From assembly GCA_031372065.1 (NCBI GenBank), contig JANMKN010000318.1, forward strand, positions 1-20,968: a stretch of DNA of 20,968 nucleotides. The letters are read 5' to 3'. Both the position numbers and the translations under genes were made by a program. The notes beneath the pieces were generated by a model, which was not told where the DNA came from, did not search any database, and was given only the letters and a program-made list of their open reading frames with translations. This document shows, in pieces, positions 1-8,786 of this stretch (its first letter is position 1; every line of letters begins with the position of its first letter). This DNA is from Abditibacteriaceae bacterium. Its GTDB lineage: Bacteria; Armatimonadota; Abditibacteriia; Abditibacteriales; Abditibacteriaceae.

Positions 1-1077
1 GCCGTCGGATGGGCCGCCGAGCAGAATTTCGCCGCCGCTTTCTCGCATTTGAGCGGCGCACCACGCGGCTTGCCGCGCATCGAAAAGCGCGCCGATGGAA
101 ACACCATTTTGCAGAGGATTTCCTGTTGTGAGCGCCGCTAATTTTTCTTTTAGGTGGTCGCGCACCTTTTCATAAATCGCCGGATGAACCAGCGCGCCGT
201 TGATGGAAGTGCAAGTTTGACCGTTATAACGCGTGGCGCCCTCGGCCAAAACTTGCGCGGCAGTTTCGGCGTTTTGATTTTCATCCACAAACGTCCACAC
301 ATTGCCCGCTCCATCAGCAATCGCGCTTTTTCCGGCTTCAAAAGTTTGCTTTAATATGTCCGGCGCGTGGCCGCTGCTGCCCATATAATGCAGCAAAAGG
401 GGAGTTTCTGATTCGCACAGCGCCGATACGAATTCTTTCGATTTGCAAAGCACCATGCTAATCGCATTCAGCGGCACATCGGCAATTTTCAAGGCGTGCG
501 CCAATAGCAAAGTCGAGCGAGCCGATTGCAAAGGCGCCCGCAAAACCACACGATTGCCGGTTGCCAAAGCATTAAAAATCGCCGTCAGACCGACTAATAA
601 AAACGCGTTTTGCGGCAGAATAATGGCAATCGTGCCCCACGGCACGCGCACCAAATTGATGCCTCGTTTTTGATTGTTCGCTTCGTAAAAAATCGGCGCA
701 TTTTGCGGGTTTTGCAGGCGCTTAAATTCCGCGCAAAATTGTTGGATGTAAGCGAGGCTGTCTTTGAGCAACTCTTCGCAATCGCGCGCGATAAAACCCG
801 TTTCGCGCTGCATCGCATCCCGCAAAGGTTCGCGCAATCCATGCAAGGCATTGTGCAAGCGCGACGCGAAGTTTTCGACTTCGCCGAAGGTTATTTTGAG
901 TGGTGTTTGCGGTGCAAATAACGCTTGCAATTCTTCATCAGAAAGCAGCTGCGCGCTTTGGATAAGGGAGCCATCGCACGGCGAAATTTGCTGGATCATT
1001 TCGCCGCTGCCGGAAAAATCGCCCCACAGCAGGTTTCCGCTGCGCCAAGGCGCGCCCAAGGAAGGAATTGAATTCAT
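1..1077 (-). CDS. Aldehyde dehydrogenase superfamily protein, divergent (3' end outside window)
   Basis: Missing from the ORF track because its stop is outside the window. Manual translation from ATG 1077 is open to base 1: MNSIPSLGAPW...VRVPWGTIAIILPQNAF...ALATGNRVVLRAP...HYMGSS...ADGAGNVWTFVD...RYNGQTCTSING...IGALFD. These match the ALDH motifs PxGVxxxIxPWN, GNxVVxKP, FTGS, ELGG and GQxC. The start overlaps the EamA stop (TAATG). Confidence 0.88.
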   Translation of the reverse strand, partial: MNSIPSLGAPWRSGNLLWGDFSGSGEMIQQISPCDGSLIQSAQLLSDEELQALFAPQTPLKITFGEVENFASRLHNALHGLREPLRDAMQRETGFIARDCEELLKDSLAYIQQFCAEFKRLQNPQNAPIFYEANNQKRGINLVRVPWGTIAIILPQNAFLLVGLTAIFNALATGNRVVLRAPLQSARSTLLLAHALKIADVPLNAISMVLCKSKEFVSALCESETPLLLHYMGSSGHAPDILKQTFEAGKSAIADGAGNVWTFVDENQNAETAAQVLAEGATRYNGQTCTSINGALVHPAIYEKVRDHLKEKLAALTTGNPLQNGVSIGALFDARQAAWCAAQMRESGGEILLGGPSDG

Positions 1078-2012
1078 TACTTGAAAAAGGAGGAGAAAAG
1101 ATTTTCAGGAAGACTAACCAGCAGCACGCCGAATAGGATAATAGCTATGCCAAGCCATTGAATTTTCGCCAATCGCTCTTTTAACAAGACCCAAGCCAAT
1201 AAAATGGTGACCACACTAAAAAGCGACGCCAGCGAGGTGACAACTGTGGTGAAGCCCAAACGATCACCATTAATAAAAGCCATCCACGATAAGCAATCCA
1301 CCACAGAAATGCTGCCGGCGAGGGCAAGAATGTTTTTCCACGAAAGGGCCGGGGGCGCACTTTCGGTAGCAACAGCTTCTATAGAGGACGAACGTGAATT
1401 AAGAGAAGCAGCCAAGCCCGCCACGGACAGCATGGTTGCCATGATTTTTAAACCGATCAGTGGCACAACAGGCCCCAGATGAACATCCAAAGGCTCCATC
1501 ATCCAAAACATAACGCCAAAACCGACCGCACAACCGAGGGCTTCGGGCACGCCGCGTAAGCCTTTGTTTGATTCATCTTCGTGGGCACTGGCGCGCGTGG
1601 CTAACACCACTCCAACAAAAAGCAGTGCGGCCCCAACCAGAATATAGGCCGGTAATTTTTCGCGCGTGCCCAGCGATAATAAAGCCGTTACAACAGCAAA
1701 GCTGGAGGCCAAAGGCGATACCAAAGCCAAGGTGCCAATTTCGAAAGCGCGATACGAAAGCACCAAACCTATGACATGACATAGTCCGGCGCCAATCAAC
1801 CAAAACCAAACTGGCACGCTGCCTTCATACTCCTGTAAGCCACTCCATTTGGCGACATTGAGTAGCGGCAATAAAATTATCCACGCCAACAAACTGGCCG
1901 ACTGCGCATAAACCATAGCCCGCATGGTGCCGACACCACGCGCCAGACACGTCACTAAATAATCACCAACACCCCATCCCAGCGCGGCCAAAAGGCCGAA
2001 GATAATTCCCAT
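1077..2012 (-). CDS. EamA/DMT family transporter
   Basis: 311 aa, about 10 hydrophobic helices in two repeated halves; typical segments LAALGWG, YRAFEIGTLALVSPL, TILLAWVLLKERL and QWLGIAIILFGVLLV. Confidence 0.92.
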   Translation of the reverse strand: MGIIFGLLAALGWGVGDYLVTCLARGVGTMRAMVYAQSASLLAWIILLPLLNVAKWSGLQEYEGSVPVWFWLIGAGLCHVIGLVLSYRAFEIGTLALVSPLASSFAVVTALLSLGTREKLPAYILVGAALLFVGVVLATRASAHEDESNKGLRGVPEALGCAVGFGVMFWMMEPLDVHLGPVVPLIGLKIMATMLSVAGLAASLNSRSSSIEAVATESAPPALSWKNILALAGSISVVDCLSWMAFINGDRLGFTTVVTSLASLFSVVTILLAWVLLKERLAKIQWLGIAIILFGVLLVSLPENLFSSFFK

Positions 2013-2018
2013 GACATG

Positions 2019-2060
2019 AAAACAAAAAAGGAGCGCGAAAAATGCGCCCCTTTTTGTTTT
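2019..2060 (-). terminator. Intrinsic terminator-like hairpin between methyltransferase B and the EamA gene
   Basis: Minus strand reads AAAAAGGGGCGC-ATTTTTC-GCGCTCC-TTTTTTGTTTT directly after the TAA at 2059-2061: a GC stem with one G-U pair followed by a U tract. Confidence 0.7.
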
Positions 2061-2862
2061 AGCTTGTGCTTTCTTTTTTTACGGCCCGGCCAAACATGAT
2101 GCTGCTGAATCCCTGCTCCGAATTATCAGGCACCTGCCGTGAGCGCACATCAATGTTGACGAACCCATTGCGGCGCAGCCAAGCCAGCAAATCTTCGGCG
2201 TTGACTCCGGCGCCGGGATAGCATCGTTCGCCAACACAATAATAATGATGGCCTTCGCAAGCCGCGAGAATCAAAGTGCCGCCCGGCTTGACCATGCTGG
2301 CGATGTTTTGCATATAAACATCCCATGTTTGCTTGCTGTCAGTAGAAGAATCGGCACAGCAATAAGAAACCACAAGGGGATAAAACTCGCGTTTTTCCGG
2401 CCCCAGTGGATTGCTTTGGGTCACATCACCCGGCCAAATGCCTTTGATGCGTTCGCGGGACAGTTGCTCACGTTCACGAGCTTCTTCATCCGTTGGATTG
2501 GCATTGCCTTCCAACTTCAACATATCTTTGGTGAAAATCAGCCAATCGTGGGCATCAGCATCGTTACTTAGCCATTTTTCGACTTCGGCACGGTTAGCCG
2601 GAAGAAATTCGGCCATGTGGACAGTTTTGGCTTTCAACACCATCGGCATACTGAAAAGCATGACGGGGCCAGTGCCAAATTCCAGAGCGACATCCACAGG
2701 CTCCACTTTCTGCATGGATTCGACGACCCATTCAACGGCATAATGCCCATCGAGCGTGATGTCGGCATAATATTCGTTGATGTAATCCTTGGAATTCCAA
2801 TCACTCCATTCGGCGTATTCAACAGCTTTTTCAACAGTTTGCACGGTTTCGTTTTGCGACAC
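2059..2862 (-). CDS. NNMT/PNMT/TEMT family SAM-dependent methyltransferase (paralog B)
   Basis: Start reassigned to GTG 2862, which has an AAGGAG RBS 6 nt upstream; 267 aa. Motifs YINEYY, LEFGTGP, AEFLPANRAEVEKWL..HDW, YCCADSS, VKPGGTLIL and YYCVGERCY parallel NNMT/PNMT motifs. Confidence 0.85.
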   Translation of the reverse strand: MSQNETVQTVEKAVEYAEWSDWNSKDYINEYYADITLDGHYAVEWVVESMQKVEPVDVALEFGTGPVMLFSMPMVLKAKTVHMAEFLPANRAEVEKWLSNDADAHDWLIFTKDMLKLEGNANPTDEEAREREQLSRERIKGIWPGDVTQSNPLGPEKREFYPLVVSYCCADSSTDSKQTWDVYMQNIASMVKPGGTLILAACEGHHYYCVGERCYPGAGVNAEDLLAWLRRNGFVNIDVRSRQVPDNSEQGFSSIMFGRAVKKESTS

Positions 2863-2885
2863 AGTTTTCTCCTTGTCGGGCCGAA

Positions 2886-3746
2886 TTAGGCCGAAGTTTT
2901 TACGCCGCAAGCAAAAATGACGCTGCCATATCCTTGTTCCGAATGATCGGGCACAAGGCGCACGCGCAAATCTATATTGCCGAAGCCATCTTCCTGCAAG
3001 GCTTGCAATACATCTTGCGCCGTTACGCCCGCACAAGGAAAAAGGCGCTCACCGACGCAGTAAAAGTTAGCGGCACCGCAAGCCGACAAAATCAAAGTGC
3101 CGCCCGGCGCCACCAACCCTGCGATGTTGCTCATATAACGCCGCCACGTTTTCTTGTCGTTGGTAGCGCCTTCGGCACAATAATGCGAAGTCACAAGAGG
3201 ATACGACGCGCGCTTTTCGAGGCCCAGCGGATTTTCATCGCCGGCATCGCCGGGCAGAACTGCGGTTACGCGTTCGCGCACTTGCTGCTCACGGGCACGC
3301 GCCTGAACGTCCAGAGTTTCGGGAGAAGTTCCCTCGGCTGAAACTTCTTCCAAGCGAAGAGTTTCGCGTGAAAACGGCAGCCAATCGTGTGTGGCTTGGC
3401 CGCGTAGCCAGCGTTCGACTTCCTCGCGGTTTGATTCCAAGTATTCCGCCAGATGAAGCTCCTGCACTTTAGGCAACAAAGGAAATAAATGATGCACTGT
3501 CGGGCCACAACCAAAATCAAGGGCCAATGACACGCTGCCAACTTTGCGCATGGATTCTACCAGAAATTCCATGGCATATCGTTCGTCTGCCATGACTTCT
3601 TCGTAGTATTCGGCCAGATAATTAGCTGGCTGCCACTCGCTCCAAGCCGCGTAAACAATTTCGGCAGATTCTGTGGCACCACTTTTTGAAGAATCCAGAC
3701 TTTTTCCTGCATTATCTGGAGTCTGAGTGGCTAAAATTGTTGACAT
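2886..3746 (-). CDS. NNMT/PNMT/TEMT family SAM-dependent methyltransferase (paralog A)
   Basis: Start reassigned to ATG 3746 (AGGGGG RBS); 286 aa. Motifs YLAEYY, LDFGCGPT, AEYLESNREEVERWL..HDW, HYCAEGA, LVAPGGTLIL and FYCVGERLF. Confidence 0.87.
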   Translation of the reverse strand: MSTILATQTPDNAGKSLDSSKSGATESAEIVYAAWSEWQPANYLAEYYEEVMADERYAMEFLVESMRKVGSVSLALDFGCGPTVHHLFPLLPKVQELHLAEYLESNREEVERWLRGQATHDWLPFSRETLRLEEVSAEGTSPETLDVQARAREQQVRERVTAVLPGDAGDENPLGLEKRASYPLVTSHYCAEGATNDKKTWRRYMSNIAGLVAPGGTLILSACGAANFYCVGERLFPCAGVTAQDVLQALQEDGFGNIDLRVRLVPDHSEQGYGSVIFACGVKTSA

Positions 3747-3822
3747 TCGGAAATCCCCCTGTTTCGAAAAATCACGGATATTTGCGCGCAAATGCTCACA
3801 AAATTGTATCCTTAATGCTTAG

Positions 3823-3861
3823 ATTATAGCCTTTTGCTCACTTGTGTTGCATCAGGCTATA
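3823..3861 (-). promoter_or_regulatory. Candidate -10 box for the methyltransferase operon, overlapped by an inverted repeat
   Basis: Perfect TATAAT on the minus strand at 3823-3828 with no good -35. TATAGCC (3825-3831) and GGCTATA (3855-3861) form an inverted repeat overlapping it. Confidence 0.35.
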
Positions 3862-4076
3862 GCGAACTGGGGGAATGAATTGTCTTTCTTCTTGGGTGTC
3901 TGGCATTACACTGCGTTACATCATGTTGTTGTCGTAGCAACAGCAAACCGAGACAGGAAACCCCGCCAAGATTTAATGGGCCTCTCCCAAATCATGCTAT
4001 TGCCCAATCGTCGCGTTAGTTGTTTCGTTTGTGAGTCTGTCTGACGCAGACAAGGCTCTTGTAACAAAGCCAATCA

Positions 4077-7000
4077 ATGCTCCTAACAGCGCGCCAAACA
4101 CGCACTAAGAACTATCTGCTACTCGCCACAGGCATTTATGCAGTAGTTTTTGTGGCAGTGCTGATAGCGCATCCTGGCGGGCCACTCTTCGATTTTTTGT
4201 TTGGCCTGTTTCGCCATCATTCTCCAACGCCCACCGATTTGGAAAATGCAGGCAAAATTTACAAGGATTTTGAAAATATTTATCAAATTCTGCCGCCTTT
4301 ATTCGCGGCGTGTTGCGCGATATTTTATGCCTTGCGTGGCTTTCATCTCCTCCCGAACCGCCGTGTCGGTTGGTTTTTGATTGGCATAGGCTGCTTTTTA
4401 TGGAGCATTGGACAAAGCACTTGGACTTACTATGAAACGCTACGCGGCGTGGATGTGCCATTTCCCGGTGGGGCCGATGTTGGTTATCTGGGCGGTTATC
4501 CATTCATCATTGTTGGCGTAGCTTTGCTGTTTGACAAAATGCCATTGTCGGGGCGCATTCGCCTCTTATTAGATAGCGCTTTAGCAGCCAGCAGTGTGGG
4601 CGTGGTAAGTTGGTATTTTCTTGTCAACAAGCTGTGGAGCGATGCGGGAGCCGACCTGCTTACGCGTCTGCTCACGGTAGCCTACCCACTCTCCGATATT
4701 ATCGTGCTGTTTTTTGCGTTGGTCTTGCTCAGTGGCGCATGGGATAACAAAGAAAGGCGCCTTTCTTTGGTTTGTTTGGCCGCAGGCATGATTTTGTTAG
4801 CCTGTGCCGATAGCCTTTTTAGCTATTACAACCTCATAGGTCTGTATCAGACGGGAAGTTGGTTCGATTGGTGTTTTGCTTTTGGCTGGCTCCTTATAGG
4901 ATATGCTTCGCTAATCCGTTTATGGCAGCGCCAAACAACAGAAACCGCCAATGCAGATGCTCCCCGATCATTTGCCGGGCAAGAATTGTTAGAATCGCGT
5001 CCATTTTGGCAATCGGTGACACTTGGTTTGTTAGCCCGTCTTTTAGCGCCTTACATTGCTGCATTTGGCGCCTTATCGTTGCTGACGTATACAGACTATA
5101 CCACGCCTAAAGCCTTAAATTTTCATTACCTGAGTAATACGGTCATCATGCTGGGGTTATGGTTGATTAATCTTGTTATTTTGCGTCAGGTTTTTACGTT
5201 ATTGGAAAACCAAAACCTCACACAACAATTAAGAGCTTTCAACACCACTTTGGAACAGAAGGTGGTTCAACGCACAGATCAAATCAATTCGCTTTTGCAA
5301 CTGGCTAAGGCTGTCAACAATACACGCGATTTCGATTTGGTCGTCAATGCGGCAGGCCAGCATACGTTACACGTTTTACAAGCCGATGCCGTCATCTTGT
5401 GGTCATCGGGGGGCGATGTGCCAGAAATGTCGCTGCCACCGCGAGTTTTTCCGGAAAATGTGCGTCAGGAATATCCGGGACTGATTAAATTCCTCACGGC
5501 CCACGACATGGTATCTGAAACGGCCATCGTTTCTTTGCAGGAAATTGCTGCCCAACATCCATCGCTCAAAGCAAAAGTGGCGCGCGGTGTTGTGGCTCCT
5601 CAAATCGGCGCCATTTCTACAGAGCTTGCATCCGAAAAATCGCTGGCGAATTTAAAGGGCCAATGTCTGATTGCCCCTTTGTTTTGGCAAGGCAAGGCCA
5701 TCGGCATGATCGCGGCGACCTCGTGGAACGAACCCTTCGAAGACGACGAAACAGCCATGCTGGAAAGCATTGGCGTTGAAGTTGGCACCGCCATGGAAAA
5801 TGCGCGGCTCTATGGCGCCGCCTTGAAAGCGGCTGACCGCGATTCCGTCACGGGACTGCTGAACCATCGTGCTGTCCATCAGCGCCTTGATGACGAATTT
5901 CAGCGCGCCCAGCATCAGGATCGTCCTTTGTCCGTCATTATGATGGATTTGAACAATTTCAAATTATTCAATGACACCTATGGGCATCCTGTGGGCGATC
6001 AGGTCTTGAAACGTGTCGCCCGCGCCTTGGAATCGGAATGCCGCAAGCCGGGCATTTTGGCGCGTTATGGTGGCGACGAATTCATCGCGGTCTTGCCCGA
6101 CACCGATGAACCCAAAGCGATGGTGCTGGCCCAGCGTTTGAGCGAGCGAATGAACCGCGAGGGATTTCAAGGTAGCAGCGATTCAACCACGGTGCCGATC
6201 TCACTTTCCTTTGGCGTGGCGAGTTATCCCGAAGATTGCACCAATCGTTTTGAATTGGTCACCATCGCTGACCGCAATTTGTATCAGGCGAAAGTCTCCG
6301 ACAGTGGCATCATGGGCACCACGGAATCTCAACGCACGCACCGTGCCCTGCGTAGCGAAGGTTCCTTTGATGTATTAGATGCCATGGTCACCGCCGTTGA
6401 TAACAAAGACCGTTATACGCGCCGGCATTCGGAGGATGTCACCGAATATGCGTTGTGGATCGCGGAAGAACTGGGTTACTCCGAAGGCACTCAACGCGTT
6501 ATTCGCATCGGCGGGCTTTTGCATGATGTTGGCAAAATTGGCGTGCCCGAAGATATTCTGCGCAAGCCCGGCAAACTCAGCAACGAAGAATACGAAACCA
6601 TGAAGCGGCACACCCAATTAGGCGCTTTGATTGTGGGCGGCGTATCCGGCATGGAATCTATTATTGACATCGTGAAATCGCATCACGAACGATGGGATGG
6701 CAAAGGTTACCCCGATGGTCTGGCAGGCGAAGACATTCCCTTGCTGGGCCGCTTGTTAGCGGTTGCCGATGCCCTAAGTGCCATGACAACAGATCGCCCC
6801 TATCGCAGAGGTTTTCCGTGGGAAAAAGCGGTGGAGGAGATTCGCAAAGGCATAGAAACTCAATTTGACCCCGAAATGGCAAAAGCCTTTTTAGCAGTAG
6901 CGGCCAAAGGTCGTCCAGGTTCCTCACATCATCAGCATTCTCCAATGGATAGTGACCGTTTCGCAGAGGAAAGTTTTTATGCGAGTGCGGCGCCCACCGA

Positions 7001-7121
7001 TGCCGTGGAGCCAAATGGCCCATCTGCGACATCTCAGAGTTTGGGCACTCAAAAGAGTTTAGGCACTCAGAACGACGAAGAGCAGGATTATCCAAATCCA
7101 AAACACTCTGCTTTGCCTTGA
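4077..7121 (+). CDS. Multi-pass membrane sensor / GAF / GGDEF / HD-GYP c-di-GMP turnover protein
   Basis: About 9 N-terminal TM segments including PFPGGADVGYLGGYP, a coiled linker, a GAF-like region ending AMENARLY, DSVTGLLNHR...FKLFNDTYGHPVGD...RYGGDEF, then RHSEDV...LLHDVGKIG...HHERWDGKGYP...RPYR. Confidence 0.93.
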   Translation: MLLTARQTRTKNYLLLATGIYAVVFVAVLIAHPGGPLFDFLFGLFRHHSPTPTDLENAGKIYKDFENIYQILPPLFAACCAIFYALRGFHLLPNRRVGWFLIGIGCFLWSIGQSTWTYYETLRGVDVPFPGGADVGYLGGYPFIIVGVALLFDKMPLSGRIRLLLDSALAASSVGVVSWYFLVNKLWSDAGADLLTRLLTVAYPLSDIIVLFFALVLLSGAWDNKERRLSLVCLAAGMILLACADSLFSYYNLIGLYQTGSWFDWCFAFGWLLIGYASLIRLWQRQTTETANADAPRSFAGQELLESRPFWQSVTLGLLARLLAPYIAAFGALSLLTYTDYTTPKALNFHYLSNTVIMLGLWLINLVILRQVFTLLENQNLTQQLRAFNTTLEQKVVQRTDQINSLLQLAKAVNNTRDFDLVVNAAGQHTLHVLQADAVILWSSGGDVPEMSLPPRVFPENVRQEYPGLIKFLTAHDMVSETAIVSLQEIAAQHPSLKAKVARGVVAPQIGAISTELASEKSLANLKGQCLIAPLFWQGKAIGMIAATSWNEPFEDDETAMLESIGVEVGTAMENARLYGAALKAADRDSVTGLLNHRAVHQRLDDEFQRAQHQDRPLSVIMMDLNNFKLFNDTYGHPVGDQVLKRVARALESECRKPGILARYGGDEFIAVLPDTDEPKAMVLAQRLSERMNREGFQGSSDSTTVPISLSFGVASYPEDCTNRFELVTIADRNLYQAKVSDSGIMGTTESQRTHRALRSEGSFDVLDAMVTAVDNKDRYTRRHSEDVTEYALWIAEELGYSEGTQRVIRIGGLLHDVGKIGVPEDILRKPGKLSNEEYETMKRHTQLGALIVGGVSGMESIIDIVKSHHERWDGKGYPDGLAGEDIPLLGRLLAVADALSAMTTDRPYRRGFPWEKAVEEIRKGIETQFDPEMAKAFLAVAAKGRPGSSHHQHSPMDSDRFAEESFYASAAPTDAVEPNGPSATSQSLGTQKSLGTQNDEEQDYPNPKHSALP
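7036..7071 (+). repeat. 18-bp tandem duplication in the C-terminal tail
   Basis: AGAGTTTGGGCACTCAAA / AGAGTTTAGGCACTCAGA (16/18 identical), encoding QSLGTQ-KSLGTQ. Confidence 0.8.
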
Positions 7122-7275
7122 GTTTCTTACAAAAAACACAAAAAGAAGGTTTTTGCGCATTCATAAGTTACTCTGATAAGTCAATTATCACTAAAAACTT
7201 CTCACTTTTAGATAAGATATTTTTCGAGCCAATTTCTTGATCTGGAACTTGATTTGAAAAAGGAGAGCTTGCCAC

Positions 7276-8748
7276 ATGATCACAGCTTCAAACTACTCAG
7301 ACCTTCTGACACAATTTTCTGACAAGCATTTGGTGACTCTCTCCACGGGTGCGACTTGCGCTTATTTGGGTGATGAACGCAATTTGCGAGAATTTTTAGT
7401 TGCGGACGAAGCCGCGCGGTGGCTGCGTCGCGCCGGACATACAGTTGTATTTTTTCTTATAGACGACAGTCTTGACCCCTTGAATTTTCGCCAATTGCGT
7501 GTGGCCGTCAACAAGAACGAAGAGTTGATCGAAAAATTTCAGCATTGGTGTGGCAAGCCTATCGCTCATCTGCCCGATCCGTGGGGCTGCCACGAATCGT
7601 ATGCGGCGCATTTTGAAGAAGAACTGGTTGACCGCCTGCATCGCCTTGATTGTCACCCGACTTTAGTTACCACAGCGCAGCTTTATGAGCGCGGTGTTTA
7701 CAAGCCTTATGTCACGCTTGTGCTGGAACGTTATGACGAAATCATGGCGTTTTTTGCCGAGCGTTTTCCCGCCTATAAACCGGACAAACTGTTCTGGCCC
7801 ATTTGCCCCCATTGCCGTTATATTCATGAAACGCGCGTGGAAGCTATTGTCAATCAATCCATCGAGATTTGCTGCGACCATTGCAATAAACGCTCAATTG
7901 TGCCGATTGAGGAAGTCGAAGGCAAATTGAACTGGAAATTAGATTGTGCGGTGCGCTGGACGGTGTTCAATATTGATTGTGAACCGTTCAATAAAAAGTA
8001 TCTCGAACCCCAAACCGGCACCGTGCCGATTGCACAAGCCGTTTGCGCCGAGTTTTTCAATGGCCCCGATGTCGTTCCGCTGCTTTACGGCACTGTGGAA
8101 ATGAAAAAAGAGTTGTCTTACAAATTGCTGGATTCGCTGCCCACCACGGTTTTGCGTAGTATGATGACCGAGCGTCCGGCCACAGACATTAATTTATCGC
8201 AGGAAAAAATCATGACCGCTGTTTCACGTTTCGGCGTGTTACCCGGCCTCAGTTATCTGGATTTCATCAAACAGCTTTTGCCAATGTGGCTTTTGACGCC
8301 CGAAAAGCTGACGCAATCGCAGCGTGATTTAGTGGCGAATGGCATCGCCTTTAGCCAAAACTTTTTGGATGCCAATATTTGTTTGCAAATGCCGACCAGA
8401 GCGCATTTTCAAGATCAAACGGTGCCTGTTATTCGCGAAGTGCGCAATTTGCTGCGCGAAGTGATTCGCTTGCGACAAGAAGAAGACCCGGAATGGGAAG
8501 AATTCCAGGATTTAATCAAGCAAATCATCGCCACGATGGGCACACATAAAGGGCAGGCTTTGCATCGCTTGCGCGTGTTGGTAGGGCAAGAACAGGGAAT
8601 GCCCGCCGGACGTTTTCTTTTTGTGCTGCCACTTGACTATTTAAGTGTGCTGGAATACATATGCGACCTGTTTGTGCAGGCTAACACCGATAGATCAGTC
8701 GAAACTCCGGTTTTTGCCAATGGCGTTCCACTGTCCACAGCGGTGTGA
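7276..8748 (+). CDS. Class I lysyl-tRNA synthetase-like protein (paralog with degenerate ATP-binding motifs)
   Basis: AAGGAG RBS. LysRS-I-like blocks: NLRE, DDSLD, GKPIAHLPDPWGCHESYAAHF, LYERGVY, CPHC/CDHC Zn pairs, GKLNWKLDCAVRW...IDCEP, and C-terminal LVGQEQG. HIGN is replaced by DERN and there is no KMSxS motif. Confidence 0.85.
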   Translation: MITASNYSDLLTQFSDKHLVTLSTGATCAYLGDERNLREFLVADEAARWLRRAGHTVVFFLIDDSLDPLNFRQLRVAVNKNEELIEKFQHWCGKPIAHLPDPWGCHESYAAHFEEELVDRLHRLDCHPTLVTTAQLYERGVYKPYVTLVLERYDEIMAFFAERFPAYKPDKLFWPICPHCRYIHETRVEAIVNQSIEICCDHCNKRSIVPIEEVEGKLNWKLDCAVRWTVFNIDCEPFNKKYLEPQTGTVPIAQAVCAEFFNGPDVVPLLYGTVEMKKELSYKLLDSLPTTVLRSMMTERPATDINLSQEKIMTAVSRFGVLPGLSYLDFIKQLLPMWLLTPEKLTQSQRDLVANGIAFSQNFLDANICLQMPTRAHFQDQTVPVIREVRNLLREVIRLRQEEDPEWEEFQDLIKQIIATMGTHKGQALHRLRVLVGQEQGMPAGRFLFVLPLDYLSVLEYICDLFVQANTDRSVETPVFANGVPLSTAV

Positions 8749-8786
8749 TTTTCGCGGGCATTTTGCGACAAGGCATTTCATCGAAA

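Noticed and set aside
150..1084. Several short ORFs in the track
   Set aside because: All overlap the uninterrupted minus-strand ALDH frame.
2863..3036. N-terminal extension of the 325-aa ORF call
   Set aside because: Overlaps paralog A by 151 nt; GTG 2862 has a strong RBS and aligns with the paralog's N-terminus.
3930..4070. c-di-GMP-I riboswitch upstream of the GGDEF/HD-GYP gene
   Set aside because: Only a GCAAACC fragment matches; the GNRA-capped stem and GCAAAGC second stem are not found.
7276..8748. Calling this gene lysS
   Set aside because: HIGH and KMSKS equivalents are lost, so housekeeping function is unsupported.
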